Assembly: GCA_030704615.1 (NCBI GenBank)
Contig: CM060733.1
Location: forward strand, 45,074,001 to 45,138,000
Reading direction: 5' to 3'
From: Takakia lepidozioides
Lineage: Eukaryota; Plantae; Bryophyta
DNA length: 64,000 bases
Part shown: piece by piece, positions 34,378-48,994 of the stretch
How positions within the stretch are numbered: the stretch's first letter is position 1
How the letters are laid out: the number at the start of each line of letters is the position of its first letter
Translations under genes and position numbers: made by a program
The notes under the pieces: model-generated
The model's input: only the letters and a program-made list of their open reading frames with translations
Databases searched by the model: none
What the model was told of the DNA's origin: nothing

Positions 34378-36614
34378 TTGATCACTAACCTTATTGGCCT
34401 CACAAGAAAGGGCCCTCACTTTGCAATCTACTTCACTCTCTGATCCTCCTCTTTTTGTGCATGGCTTTATGGTTACAAAGTGTATGGCAAGCTAGCATGA
34501 CCTAGTAGTGAGTACATATCTATCCATCTCTTGCTTTCTAGACCAACTAAAGGACTTTATTTGAACAAGTACGACTCAAAGACATGGTCCAATGGGATTG
34601 GGCACTACGCAAGCAGTAGGCTGACTGAACACTAAGTTTGTCAACTGCAAATGATTGTTTTGTGCCTATTTTGTGGGCATGATGGTTGCAATATATCCTG
34701 ATGGAGTGCAACTTCTCTTCTTCTGAGATAGTTGCCCTGTTATGGGGGAAGCCATCTTAACGAATTATTGCCTTGTCAAAGAACATGGTTATGGATATCC
34801 AGAAGCTCACCTGATCATATGTATGTCTGAAGATAAGTTCCTAAATTTGGCGCTTAGCTGCCCACACATGCTCTCCTCTTATATGCCACTTCCCTCTCCT
34901 TATTTTGCAGCACTATGAAAGGGTCTTTGGGAACAAAATGCCTGCAAGGCCATATGGATGCTTCTCTTTTCTTCCCCCCCCTTTATGTTGGATATCTTCA
35001 GGTTATCCATGAAGGTGTGTGGCTCTCTACAAGAATGCTATTTTGGTTGGGCAGGCAAAAGAACCGACGTCCATTATGGTAGAGTCAGCTTCAGATGCAG
35101 AAGAGGGGGTGTCCCCAGAAACTGGTGTCAGTGGTTCTATGACACCAACGTCGTTTATGACACCAACATTGATGCCTACAAACCAAGAGGTTAGTTAATC
35201 ACTGATCAAAGTAGGGACAATAATCAATTGGGTTCAAGTATGCTCGCTGGTCACATTTTTGTAGTACTCCAAGGAATTGACCTCACTGCGTCTATTCAGT
35301 TTTTCCTAACATGTAAATAACTTGGGGCCCAGTGAAGAACAGTTTTGGGTGATAATAGGCGGCAAAGCCGGAAGACATAGTGGGCAAGGACCTAGGACAT
35401 CCCACAAACTCTGCCAACTCAAGTTCACAAAGCACCATTGCTCGCCAACGTATATTCCAATGACCTTACTCTTGGAATCTCTTATGTGGTGGAATTTTCT
35501 AAGTCTTTTGGCATGGAAGAATGTTAGCCTGTAGCTTCATGCAGCACACATTTTCCTTTTGTCCATGTTAGTTGGTGTTGGTGCAGTGTCCCAGTACAAG
35601 CCAAGTGAATTGTGTTCTTTGTGAAGATTTTAGATGAATGATATGAGCGGTCATGTCTCTAAGAGCCATGGTTCTAAGAACGTGTTACTGAGCCTTAGCA
35701 TAACGGTCAACATGTATCATCAGGATTAGGTCAAAGGCATGGGTTAGGAAAAGGTCATCATTCTGCACTTGTGATTTATATCAACATGTGTACCTGATTT
35801 GCTTATTGTTCATTTAAATGTGGGGATGTCTATCAAAGTAGTATTTTGTTGATAAATGCGTTGGGTACATGATGCGCAGACAGGATTTCCAAGACAGCTG
35901 GATTTTTCTGGACTATAGGCAGCAACATAGGGTGCTTGTTGTGGACTGTGGTGTTTTTTCTGGTGAGTGTAGTGACATTTCCTTATTATCTTGTTTCAAG
36001 TATGTGGATTGGTAATGGTGGAGAGATATTGCAAAGAGTGGTCGAGCCACAAGAACCCATCCAAAATCGTTTGGAAAGGCTGGAAGTGGAGTTCAACAAG
36101 TTAACTAGGTCTTCAAAATATATAACACCAAAAGGGGAGTCATCAGACCCAGCTGATGAGCGCATCAAGTCACTTGAGATAGAGCTCGCTGAGACTAAAA
36201 AGGTGCATTCACTTCCATCTTGGGAGACCATTCTTTTCAGTGCTTGACCTTGAAAGTACTGCTTGGTTGGTTTGGTTGGTGTTGCTCAAAGTGTACGAAT
36301 GCATGGAAGGGATGAGATTGAAAAACTTATTCAGTTTTTTGAGAATGAATGGTTGATTTGGCATGGCAGACTCTAAGGATCGTGCTTTCAAAGCAGGAAG
36401 AGCTTTACAACGTGTTGGAGCGAATGAAAGAATACACTTGGGCGGTAAAATGTAGTGATTTAGTGCCTTTGGTTTATTAGGTAATTTGAAGAGCAGGTTT
36501 ATTAAGTGGAATCTGTATTGTTAAAAAGCTAATAAGTTGTGATATGCATAGTTGATCAAATCTAGATGGTGTGGGTGTGATTGTTTGCAGAAGAAGAATA
36601 TGCATTGTTGGTGA
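29601..36614 (+). CDS. Sec14-like phosphatidylinositol transfer protein with C-terminal nodulin-like coiled coil (SFH family); start exon not identified
   Basis: Exons encode [132 protein letters not shown] and [14 protein letters not shown]. Last exon KKNMHCW* at 36591-36614. Confidence 0.93.
34312..34374. repeat. (AT)n microsatellite, about 31 units, intronic
   Basis: Seen directly in the sequence. Confidence 0.97.
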
Positions 36615-37361
36615 AGGTTACGGGTTTGTCTTGCTCCACTAGCACTGGGGATGATTGGTTACATTGGCCAGGCTACTCTATGAGCATGTGATTCATCCTT
36701 TTTCGTTTTGTAGTCGCTATTGGAATCTAGAAACTTTCTTGGATACTAAAAAATTATACATACTAGTTCATGTTGCCTATAGATGGCATGATTCCATTGG
36801 GTGACTCAATTGGAGCAAGCTTTTAGGAACACAATTTGAGATGGGGCTGAGTCAACTTCAAATTTGAGCTTCAAAATGTTGTTGGTGTAAGTTTCACAAC
36901 AAGTGTTTTTATACAAGGTCCTAAACACTTCTGACCTAAGAATTAAGGCAGTTGTGAGCTTAGGGTTTGTACTATATCGGAAACGTAAAGCGTGAATTAT
37001 CCAAGTCAAGGTTTGTTCTGACTGCTCTAGCCGTGGCTTGTGACTGTGACTGTCTAGTCCATGTTGAGAGCGGCAGATATTCTATTCTTGAAGATGACTT
37101 CACCTTGTATAGGTTGTCATCTCATTTTTCTAGTGGTCCGCCTATATCACCAGTCTTTTTATCCATGGCCAGCCATTCCACAAGGCCAAAGTAGTGAGGT
37201 TCAATTAGAAGTGTTTGAAATTTGAGGGTGATTGTAACTAAGTATAATATAACAACAAGGTGGGTCTTTAAGCTGGTGGTGTCTGCACTGCTGTAGGCTT
37301 TATTCTTTTCCTCTTTCACATGCATTTGGGAGTTCTTGTTCTTTTTTCCAAAATTTACCAC

Positions 37362-37590
37362 TAGTCGATAGCTTAGTTGGATAGTGCATGGAGTGCCACC
37401 CAGGTGATTCTTGGTTCAAATCCTGCTACCTTGTAGGGTGTATGATCTCTTCCTCCCCTTCCCTTGGGCAGTGTTCTTGGAGCCATGTGCCTCATGGCGA
37501 GGTTACTACGAAGGATGTTATTTTCTCCTCTCACTATAATTAAGGGGTCTGAGTAGTTGCTCCCGAGTTAAATTCCTTAAATTTTATTTT
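37362..37590 (+). mobile_element. tRNA-derived SINE-like element
   Basis: Pol III A box TAGCTTAGTTGG (37369-37380) and B box GGTTCAAATCC (37413-37423), with no complete cloverleaf. 3' boundary approximate. Confidence 0.6.
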
Positions 37591-39139
37591 TAAGAAAAAT
37601 CTAAGTTTTGATGTTTACTATTTTGAAACAATATAGGTAGGATCTAGATGCCCAATTTTTTGCCCCCAATATTAGATGGAAGGCCCCGATTGGGCGAACA
37701 CTTTAAATGGGGCGATAGCACTTGACATCACACAAATAATCGGGCAGAGTTTCAATTTGAGGTGGTGAAGTGACGTTCTAGGTGGGATGGGCAATTGCCC
37801 AATATGTAGGAGGTGTTTTTTGAGTAATTCCATGAATCCATGATGGTTCATCCATGCAACTACCTACCCAATCACTGAAATGCTTGTGGGAACATTAAAG
37901 CTCATCGTGGGATGGTGCATATGAGTATTGCAGATAGGAGATTGCGACGAAATGAGTAACACTCACCCTTTTGGATTTTCCAGTACAATTTAATGTAATT
38001 GGGCATAAGGGGCTTTACATCAGTGGATATGAACGTTGGCCCAGTTTTTGCCACATCACGCCCAAAAAGCTTTGTTTTGGGCGGGTGTTGGCTTCTTGGA
38101 GTATAATGAGGCCATTAGCAATGAGGCCTTGTATGTGTTCACATCAGTCATGAGATGTGCACTGTCACTTTGGTAGAGAATTCAACTAGGGCAAATTGGC
38201 CTATGACCGGACGGGTGTCTATTACCAAACACCCCATAACAACAGCCTTCCTCAATGCTCTTGAGCAAAACAAACTTTACTACCTGCTCCATGTAACTCT
38301 AACTTCAGTGCAAACAACTCCAGTTCCAACGCGTTCAGGCAAGTAATGCAGCCACTTGAGCTGCAACTCAAGTTTGAAGGATCTTGCATAAGGTGCTATC
38401 ATCAACAATTGCATACACCAGATGTGGGTGCACTAGGTCAAGAAGTTGGGGACGCAGTTTGTCAAGATTCCCCTTCTCTCCTAGCTCCACTGCTGCATCA
38501 CACGTCTACATGAAACACTATAGAACAACACATATGCTTGAAGATTCAGTCCTCTACAACAATGAGAGCAGTCCCTGTAGGCAATATCTCCAAGCTATGA
38601 TCTTTGGACAGCCTCCCCTAGACTTCAATTAGTTTATTTGTTTTTGGCTTGGTAAACCCTTGACATTGAAGATGTCACTAGCTGCCAATTCTACTTGCCA
38701 TTTAATGAAAGAATAATTCCCTGTATTTCGTAAAACATCAACATGATACCCTCCTACAATACTGTACCGTTGCGCCTAACTTCTGATGACTCTAACTATC
38801 ACCAAGTATCCAAATAGTGGAGTACTGGAAACACATTGAGGACATGGGCGTTGAATGTGGTTCCTTCTGAATGGGCACAGTTATACTTCAAATATGCTTT
38901 GCCAATGGTGCAATCTCAAACACCTGTACATGGGAAATCTCTAGGCCAAAATTAAAATTTCGAAAATTGAGATAGACTGTTTTTTTTTTCTTTGTTTTTG
39001 CAAGTGAAATCTTGGGGATAAATTATTATGTTTTGGCTTCTTTCCCAGTACACCCATGAGGTGATATTTGATTATAGAAAAATAAAAGGGAACCTGGGAG
39101 GGACAGCCCACAATTCAGGCCCAAATTTCTACTGCAATT

Positions 39140-39800
39140 TTTGGATACAGTGCCCAGCTTGGTTACAAAGCCCTTCTGGATTCATCGTCTCCCATTGCCA
39201 AATGAGAGAAGAAATGGAGCAATCTGTTTGACACTCCTTCAACTGGGCAAGCAGCAGCCTGGACGGAAATTGGTGCAAATTGCATGCGGCCAAAATCTCT
39301 CGGTTTCTGTGGAGAATTGGTAACAATATTTCCCCGATGGGAGATGCTCGGCCGGAGGTCTGCTCTGTCTGCACACTGGGGGCTAGATTGAGACACTGCA
39401 ACATTGTCTCTTATACTGTCCCTTCGCTGCGGTCATTTGGGCCAAAATTTATGTCTTGTATGATGCTTGGAAGACTGTTACTCCTGGCAATCGTCCCATC
39501 CTTCTCTTTAATATTCGTCAAGGCCAGATCTGGAGCTCTTTGCCCAGTCTGGGTAAGCTTAAGATCTCTTGCCCTTTGGCATATATGGAAATCCCAATGC
39601 GCTCGGGTTTCCTCTAACTCATTCCCCTCCATTCAAGCTTCTCTGCACCATATTTACTCTGATTTTTAAGTCGGACCTTCGGACTGTTGTTTTGGCCTTC
39701 ATTGCTCTCCGGAGGCTATTTTTGCCTCCCTTTTATTTTGATCAACTGGGCTCCGTTGCCCTTCTTTGAAAAAAAACAGAAAGGAAAAAAGGAAAAAATG
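39140..39800 (+). mobile_element. 5'-truncated L1-type LINE 3' end (zf-RVT region) with A-rich tail
   Basis: KISRFLWRI...CSVC, ETLQHCLLYCPFAAVIW and LWHIWKSQCARV, followed by an A-rich tract at about 39768-39798. Confidence 0.8.
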
Positions 39801-40651
39801 AGTCTCTTTCCCTTGCCGGGGTGGGCTACATATCAGCAGTTCGCGCGGAGAGGGGAGGTTGTCCTTTCCGCGATGATGCACAATCGAGGGTTTTCGTACT
39901 CTCATGATTGAGCTCTCTATGTAGATACGATGACGGCATTTTTCTCCGCTTGTTCTGCCACCTTCTACCCATTCGCGACTAGCTCACTGAAGTTCGATTT
40001 GGGAAGACGATGGAAGGGTATCACAGGTTCAATGCTCAGGAAAAAATTTAAGAGAAGCTCGTGGGAAGTTTATTTCCTGGACACTCGACAGAGAAATGAA
40101 GATGGATTCCACGTTTCAGCGTACAAGAAGGTGACGGATCACATTGTCGAGAGAGATTGGGGTAGACATATTTTACTTACACTCATAGTGGACTGCTTTT
40201 GTGGCCTTGGGGTCACTGAACCGAAGGTCCACATCGCCCTATTGCGTGACATTTCAGTGTGGAATTGTCTTCCAGGCAACCCGCATTCTCGAGCTTGCAG
40301 AACCATCTGAGAAATTGAGCTTCACTCCAGCCGGTTCTATGACATGCTTGGATCAAGTGGTCATTATATGTATTAGAATGAAAATCCAAGCATCTGTAAG
40401 TGTATTGCAGGTGTCCGCCCCACAGCCAGATTATGATTAGACAATCTGGAGGGAGGAGTATCGCCTTGCAAGCTTGCATACATTGAAGTGGGAAGTAGAA
40501 TGAAGGTGAAGCAGATTTGTAACCTGGAATTCTCCAATGAAGGGTACTAAGAAATTTCCCGATCTCGTGTGTATTCCCAAATGCAAAGATCGAGAATCTG
40601 ACAAAAGTACTCTTCTTCGTGGTGAGCGTGGAACAGGAGTACAATGCAGGA

Positions 40652-43600
40652 ATGCAAGAGAATCAGCTCGTCAGTGGCGACAAGTCACGGGGTGGCCTCC
40701 CCCGTTTCCATGTCGACACGCTCCCGGAAATGAAGGTGCGTTCCAAAAAATTTCTGATATAGTGAAATCTGTTCAGAAGGTTTGACGGTTTGGACGTTTG
40801 CAAAGAGGTGCTAGCATTACATGGCAGCGATGTTTCAGTGGCCCTTTAGGTCTGAATTGTGCGGTGAATGAATCGATGTTTTGGCATACAGCTTTCTAGA
40901 GCAAAGCTGGAAGACCAAGACAACGGCAAAATCCCAGCATGTATTCTACTATTTTACTGGCCCTGCTCTGTTCAAGCTAGTAGTATAGGTACATGACCAT
41001 GCAAGCACCGGTGAAGATTTCTCCTCTCCCTCAACCAGAATTGGATGTTTGATGGGTAGGCGACTGTCCAAATGCCCATGTAATGAGCCCCCTTCACACA
41101 AAAACTGTGCCCTTCTTATTTCAACTTAAGACACTCCAATCCATTGTAGATAGCGATGGAGCCAACTTACAGGTCCAATTGGTGACATTTTGATTGTAGG
41201 GAATGGTGGTTCTAGTGGAAGGGGATGAGTTTTGGCACATGACCAGAGTACTTAGGTTGACTGTCAATGACAGGTACTAAAGCAAACAGTTCCCCTCATA
41301 CAACTTGTTTCTCAGGCGATGTTGGGATCAGGGTTCATGCGTATGCCTATTAGTACATTTGAAGGCATAGGTGCCAACACCGATGAACAGATTGGTGTTA
41401 GTACAGAAATTTGGAGACGTCAACTGAACATTTAAGGGTGTTTCTTACCCAGGGGGACTTCTGCAAATTTCCAATGGAGTAGAACATGTACAGAATCTAG
41501 CTTACCATTTTGTTCAATTCTAAGGAATGATGTGGGTTTCTGTTTGATACGCTCAATTCCTAGTTTTCAGTAATGGGGGGTGTTCACAAACAACTGGAAC
41601 TTTGGCAAGTTTGTTTAGGTGATGCAGCTACGGAGGTAGAGGAGTTCATTGCTGGGCAATATATGAAACAAAGCCTGAACTTAGCCATATCATCCATGCA
41701 CAGCCCACAACAATTCAGAGTGTCATTTCAAGGGCATTACTTCAAGGCATGCACTTTTCCCCACAGTAACAACCTTTGGACCTATGTGATACATGTAGCT
41801 GTAACCGGACTTCCAGTCACACTGCAAAGGCCAGGGGAACCATACTAAGACAGGAAGGGAAGGCAATGGGCCGTGGAGCGGAAGAAGGGGAGGGGGTAAG
41901 TGAGTCCATGACATGATATAGTAGTGTATATGAGCAGAATTTAAACTTTCTCGTACAAGTGTGTTCATGATTCTGCAGGGTTGAACTTTTTGATGGGAGA
42001 GGTGGCATTGTGGAAGGAAGCTTGCTGCAAGTTAATAACAATAGTGTTGAGGTGGTGGCCAACTTAGAGCGCCAAATCATTCCCCCGACAGGACCCCATT
42101 GGCATGTGGCAGCAGCTTTTGGTGGGTGACTCAGTTCTTCTGAATTACATGTTTTCTTTCTTGCGGTTCATGGCTGGGAGTGGTACTGCTGTGTATGCTT
42201 ACCACCATATCATGGATATTAGTAGGAGCAGTGCCACCAAAATATGATTGATATGATCCGAAGAAACCAATCTGCAGCCTTCTCTACTGGTTATGTTGCA
42301 GCTTTAGATTTGGAGTACTTAATCTTTGGACTTGGAGTACTAAGTCAGACTCAACTATTGTCTAATCCTTTGACAAAGACTTTCATTTTGTTTTTGACAT
42401 GGCATCGTTGTCTGATATATATAGAGCAAGCAGTTCCCATCTACATGCAAAGAAGCTATTTTGCAACAGTGGGACATGGCAAAATCCAGTTTCATTTTAG
42501 CTTAACTAAGCCCTTTTGTTTTTCTTGGCTGCTTTATGTTGAATCATCTCTACCACTACGGTATAAGAACATTTTGAGAATTGACTTCCAATTGTTGTTA
42601 CAAGCTCTTCATCATTTGTGCTATTCTTTTCCTATCAGGAACATTGAAGGGCGGGCGTGCAGACTGGCTTGTAGAAAAGTGCACGGTGTGTTCACTACCG
42701 ACAATTTGAGAAGGCTACCAGTGGTTTAAATTTGACATTTTTGTTTTAAGTTCTCATTGCTAGAGCTTTATACAGAAAGAGTCACAACTTTAGGGATTGC
42801 TGTGAGGAGCACCACCATGACCAATACTTCAGCACCCTCAGGGAATCTGGCAATCTACCCACTGAAATGGTCATGGTCATATTCTCATGTAGCGCGTGGC
42901 CCATAACATCCTAGCATTTGTTAGGGGTTTGATCATGGGCTAGAAGCCTTCAAGCACAATCTCAGGTGGAAAATAACTCACTGTTGGATTATGTTCAGGA
43001 GTTGGGAGCGCGGAGTCTCACTCCACTTCTCACACAGAGATCAGCTGCCATAGCTGGAGCACGCAGTGATCGGTGGCACCGTATCAGCACAGCTGCTATC
43101 AAGCAATGTAGCCCCTCACCTTCTTGGTCTGTTATGGGTGTGACTGACAAGGCAATCACATCCACAGGTAGAAGGCTTGCTGCAGCAGCACTGGACTAAG
43201 CTCATGCTAGTTCAATGTGAATGCCAGGTAAACTAGGACTAATGACTAGGAGTATCTGGATGGTGGTTGAACATGTGTGGTTTGAACTGACACCCATACC
43301 CTGGTGGGTCAAATCACCATGACAGGCTGCGGCTAGTATCCTGCAGGGACTGTCCCTAAGTTGTAGATAGTAAAGTGGCGTCTCACTACCACTCCAGTTT
43401 ACCTTTCTGTGGATACAATCGATTTCTTTCTTTTTCTTCCTTCCTTTCTTTGTGTCCCATGGGCCCTCAGGCCTTCCATCTTCTTGTAGGCCCACCTTGC
43501 ACATTATCTAGTTTCTTCCGTTTATTCTTTGGGCCTCTGTTACTAATCTGGCTCTAGTTTTTCAGCATGTTCTGATGCATAAGAAGGAAGCAGAATTTGA

Positions 43601-45173
43601 ACGTGTTTCAATTGTTATACTGGTGAGGCAGGCCAAAGACTACATGCCCTGGAGGTACGGGAGCCAGTGGGAGTTCAAGCTCTATTGCCTGATGTGAGGA
43701 TGCTGCCCATCTTACCTGAGTTTGTGAAAGCCCTGAGTTAATCCTGTTTGCTTGGGAGTTACTAACACTTGGCTGCTAGGTGCAGCTTCCTCCCCTATTT
43801 CAGTCCCTTGAAGTGCAACCAAACAGAGGGAGGTCTCACTGTTGAGGGTCATGCACATCATGTACTGCAGTGATTACTCAGTATTTCATCAGCTCCAAAC
43901 AGTGGACCTGGATTATAATATAAGTGCATGGTAATTAAAAAGGGAATAGGCTCATACATGTATCCTTGTCCTGAGTGTCTGTTACACTTCCAGACATAAC
44001 AGGAAAATTCTACTGTCATGTTGACCAGCACTTTGAGAGGCAGAGAAAATTAAAGCTTTCTTCAGATGTTCCAAGCCTTGACAAACTTGTGAAGAGACTA
44101 AATGAACAATTCTCCTTAGCACTTTCTCAAGCTCATCAGAGGTAAAACAATCACAGTTGCAGGAGCCCAAATGGGTATGGAGAAGCTCTCAAGCAAAAGA
44201 TCCCAAGGGGCCATAGGTAGGTGCCTCCTGCGCACCCTGATGATGTATAGGCTATATCTCGTGCATTACTTATTGATGGCTGGTGCACCCTAGTGTTCAT
44301 CGTGGCAGAATTGAAACTGATCAAGTGTCTGAACACAAGGGGCCATGGATGAGTCACATCTGTTGCAAAACATAGGGAGTAGAAGAAAACCCAATAGAAA
44401 GCCATTATCTTGTAATGTGGTCTAGGGTTGAATTGGCAGCTCCTTGCCCTCTATTCAAGGACCAACTGTGTAACCCTGTGTGCAGACACCCCCCGCGGAT
44501 TAGGGCCCAGAAAAGTGAGTGGTGAGAACTGTGCAAATTTGTTGGTGTGTTGTGTCAGGTAGCAAAGGCAGGTGTGGCCTTCTTGGCAGCAGCTGGGGCA
44601 ACACCATTAGTCAAAGCAGTGTTGCACCTGCCAAAGAGAGTGCAAGATGGAATCCTATTAGTTGGACCCGAAGGAGGTAAGCAAAATTGAACTTTCATCT
44701 CTTTTGTTACAAGGGGATTCCCTCACTTGACAAGGTAATGAATATTGTCATTTGTGCCCAAGGGCATGCACTTGTAACATCAAATGATTTGCCAAGAGAC
44801 ATTTCTTGCTTCCTTGGGCACCTATGAGTCTGACAAAAAGGAGGTAAGCAAGGACTAAAATGTACTCATATGTGAAACGTGAAATCTGTTGATCTGTGCT
44901 GAAGGACAAACTCTTTCCGGTACATGATTCTGCTTTATGTGCTAAGAGACACCTCACACTTCCTTGGGCGTAACTTAAGAGTTGATTAAAACAGCTGGGT
45001 TTCATATGCATGCAGATTTTACCACCGAGGAGATTGAATTATTGGTTGGTGCAGGGGCGGTACCTGTTGGTCTTGGCCCTCGCCGTTTACGCGTAGAGAC
45101 GGCTGCCGTGGCAATCCTTGCCACTGTCATGCTCATTGCAGATAGTTCTGAAACCAATTCATCCCCCCTGTAG
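40652..45173 (+). CDS. rsmE: 16S rRNA m3U1498 methyltransferase, RsmE family (organellar); the N-terminal extension or start may lie further upstream
   Basis: Exons: SRGGLPRFHVDTLP, EGDEFWHMTRVLRL, VELFDGRGG, LKGGRADWLVEKCT|ELGA, AAIKQC|QRLH, LLVGPEG|DFTTEE and GLGPRRLRVETAAVA*. Confidence 0.93.
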
Positions 45174-45943
45174 TGTAATCATGTTTCCTGACTGATTGAT
45201 TATCATATCTCTCCTCCATCCAGAGTGGGTGGATTTTCATGATGGCCATTGGCTCTCTCTCTCTCTCGGGTCATGTCAGACTGCTTTTCCTGCATGTTGG
45301 GGGATAGTATCCCTTCATTTACTCCCATAACTGAGTTTCTGCAACTAACTTTCACACAGTTCTGTGATATTTAGCCAATGGAAAATGGGGAAGAAGGAAG
45401 CAACTTAGGACCTTTGTGATCCAATGGATGTGGCACTGAAACGGAAATGTATATGTTTTAGCAGTGATCGGGGCCAAAGAGAATGAAGCCACATGACCCA
45501 ACCATTCCGTTTGTATCAGCCGATGGAGGTTGTAGGCCTGGAGTCTTTAGCTGCTACCAACGATTGATGCAGTTATTAACATAACCAGTGCATACCTACT
45601 TGGATGTCTCTAAAACTTGGAAGATTTCTATTGCAGTCTACTGCAAGAAGGATTTTGATGCACATGAAGACTTGACCAGGCAAAAAACCTATCATTCCCT
45701 AATCTATACCTAGAATATTTCTCCATAATCCTAACAATGCTTGAATCAAAGTTTCACCACATTCTTCATGGATCTGGATTTTTGTAGTTACTTGAGAGGT
45801 GGGACAGAGGCCACAAAGGTAATTCAGGAAAATAAGCAAATTGGGTTTTTTTTGGAATGTTGGCCCTTTATTTGTCTTTTGATACACATGGTCATAAATG
45901 TATGTGCTCAACGGCACATGCCACATTAGTATTAACATATTAA

Positions 45944-47093
45944 CCCTTGAATGCCCCACATGTCATGTTCGTCTTTTTTGTGCATTACAAAAAAACAATT
46001 TCCAGCTGCTTATTTATATTTTTTAGTGATGGGTTCAGGTTTTTCCAGCTGGTTATTTTGAAAAGGGGTACGAGTGGCTATATTATTGGGTGTAGGGTAG
46101 TGCAAGTGGCCCACTCTAGGTAATTTTCCTCGAACTGGTAGGCTACATGTATTTCCGCTCTTGTCATATTTGGCGAATCAAATGGATGTTGATGAGCAAT
46201 AGATGTACAGAAATAGCTGAAAGCCATAATAGGCGAATGGAACTGTTTCTATGTGAAAATCACAAGGTAATTGGTACAAATGAGGTCTATCATAGTTATG
46301 GCTTATGACATATTACAAATAGTGTTATTTGGCACCCCCCTAAGGCTAGCATATAGACTAGCTCCCAAGCATACAAACCAGCCCCCAAGCACACATACAG
46401 ATCATCAGATTATTGACATGGACATTTACCCTGAGGAGGAGTTGAACCTCAGCCCCATAGGACCCTGCCCAAGGCAGCATAGGTTCTTGCAGCCCACAAT
46501 TAAACTTGCACCATACTTGCTAATCAAGGAATATAGGCATGCCATACATTGCAAAGAAATGGAAATGTAATTACAATTGTATATAATCATTGGCAGATAT
46601 AATTGTTAGAACCTCATGGCCTATGTTCAAGATGTCAAGCAAACATTTACACCCTGCAAATCTAGGCAAAGGTTTGGGGGGCCATGGCCATTTTTATCCC
46701 CCTATTTTCCCATACAAAGCAACCATTGTAAAGTTTTGGAATTAGGCTCTGGATTTTAGGGTGGACATGCCGTAGGTGCCATATAATCAGAATCTGGATA
46801 GCCTGTATCAATGAATATTTTAAAGGGTAGGCCATCTCCTTGGTCAAACCAATTTTTCAATCTGGAAATGGAGAATGGTAGAAAATTTGGCCTAGCATTT
46901 TTGTTGTAATCATCCTAATTAGACGGTCAAATCTCCTGATATTTTTACAAGAGGTGTCTGAAGTAGGTAGGGATCACTTTCATACAGCTCATCCTGTTCC
47001 ATGTTTGTCAAATGAGAGATATACCACATGCTCGTCCTTTAGGGGATAATCAACAGACAATAAATAAAACCACTGTTATTTTGGCATGCAGGG
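45944..47093. mobile_element. Possible older, degenerate relative of the piggyBac-like element
   Basis: Left end TTAA-CCCTTGAATGCCC. Patches at 46760-46980 resemble 48260-48450 (TGGTCAAACC.AATTTTT; GTAGGTAGG...CACTT). Putative right end GGCATGCAGGG has no TTAA. Confidence 0.35.
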
Positions 47094-47690
47094 TTTCCTC
47101 AGGAAGGAATCTTGGCAGTAGGTGCAATTTCCTGTTGTTGCCTAAAGCATACCAAGATTAAGCTTTGTATGTATTGTGCAAGGATGGGGAAAATCAATTG
47201 CTGAAGGGTGAATGGCCACAACGAATATATATATATATAATAAATGTAAATTTTCTGTCACAATTGTTTCTTGTATTTTTTATCAATCAGTTTTATTATA
47301 TGTATATATAATCATATTTCATAATACTCTTTTGAATAATTTTTATTTATTTAATAGTGAGAATGTCAAGAGCTGAAGTAGTCGCTTGTTGAAATATCTT
47401 TTATACTAGGTCAATTAATTTGTGGCAATAAATAACTACACAAAATAGATGTATGTTCATGTCGTAAGGCCCAATGAGAGTGCATACGCAATTACAAACC
47501 CCAACCGGATAGTTTAACAAACCCTAATAAGTTTGATGATTAAGCACATGAATGAGAAAGGAACAACCATCTAAAATATGCCAACAATTGCAACAATCGG
47601 AGTACATATGTGGAACCCAAACCTTGATTGCAATTGAGCCTTAGAAATTCAGGTCTCAGATATACGCTTGATCAACCACCATCTTATTAA

Positions 47691-48555
47691 CCCTTAACTG
47701 CCTATGCGACCCGGTCGCGACATGTGTGAAAAAAGCCCGCCATTTATTCAGTTTGTTTTTTGTTTTTTTTTGTGTGCAATTATGTTTCTGGCCAGATGGC
47801 CCACCTGTTGGCATTGAATGTTTTCAATTCCGATAAAAGCACCACCCTGCAGGATTTTAGGAAATCTAGGGGGCATCTTGGAGAGGCGCCATGCAGAGTT
47901 GACCATCTGGCCTCGTCCCATTGGGCATGCACAACCGGGCTGAGCCGGTATAAGGTAATTCCCAGCCTGAATGGTTCAGAACTTGTTGGTCTCACTTTTG
48001 CCCAACTTTTTAGTTATTCCACCATTGGAGTTTTTGGAAATTTGGCATGCATGTTATGTGGAGTGCATACAACATTGTGGCCACGGCGATTTCCAAAATG
48101 CATTCTATTTCTTGATCCTAAATTTTGGGTGTCCATTTTGGAGTTCAAGCATATTCATGGCTTTTGAAACCTCATCCACTTCATGTTCAAAGGGGCTTTT
48201 ACAAAATTTGGGAATTTTGCCTCCAAAATTTCTGGAGACCTCCGTAACAAGTTTAAAAATGTGGATATGTCACTTTCATAGGCAGCAAAAATCAACCCGT
48301 CAGTGGATTTCTCTGGTCAAACCCAATTTTTTCTTGAAAAACTTGAAAAAGAAATCTCTCATACTAAAACATTATAGTCTTCACAAATCTATGGTGAAAT
48401 TCTCCAAGATTAGGTGTGTGGATGTATATGGTAGGTAGGTTCACTTCTGTAAGGTTCACTTTTCTGGATGTAAATAGACAAGTAAGTACTAACTCTACTA
48501 TGTAGAGATAAGTAAATTTTGATAAAAAATAAAGCTATCTACAGGCAGTTAAGGG
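47691..48555. mobile_element. Non-autonomous piggyBac-like element
   Basis: Perfect 13-bp TIR CCCTTAACTGCCT / AGGCAGTTAAGGG, flanked by TTAA on both sides (47687-47690 and 48556-48559). No coding capacity recognised. Confidence 0.85.
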
Positions 48556-48994
48556 TTAAATCGGCTAGAGCAAGAGCCGCTAAAAAGGATAAATCTGATC
48601 CTCATCAGCAGTTTGTGATGAGAAATATTGGAGGAAACTACACAAATACATAAACCAAAACCATAAATTTGAATAGTGTCTTACCTCCAAGGGGAATTTC
48701 TTGAACGTGATGTTTGCAATACACATGGAAGACTAAGGTCAGAATAGGCAAGGCAACCATAATAGTTGTGGAACTCAAGGCCTGTTTCACATAGTGAAGT
48801 AATTTTCCCCTCAACGAGATTCATCTGATACAATCTGCAAAATGGTTAAGGGACCCTGGATAAGGAACAGGCCAATCAGTGTGAGTTGCTCGATTATCAT
48901 AGCCGCAATGATCCATCCATGTACATGTGGCCAAAATGCACCGCCACTTGCATCATAAACGGTGATAATCTTCATTATGCAAACAACCCTCCAG

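Noticed and set aside
37362-37432. Functional tRNA gene
   Set aside because: A and B boxes are present, but acceptor and anticodon stems cannot be formed. Treated as a SINE.
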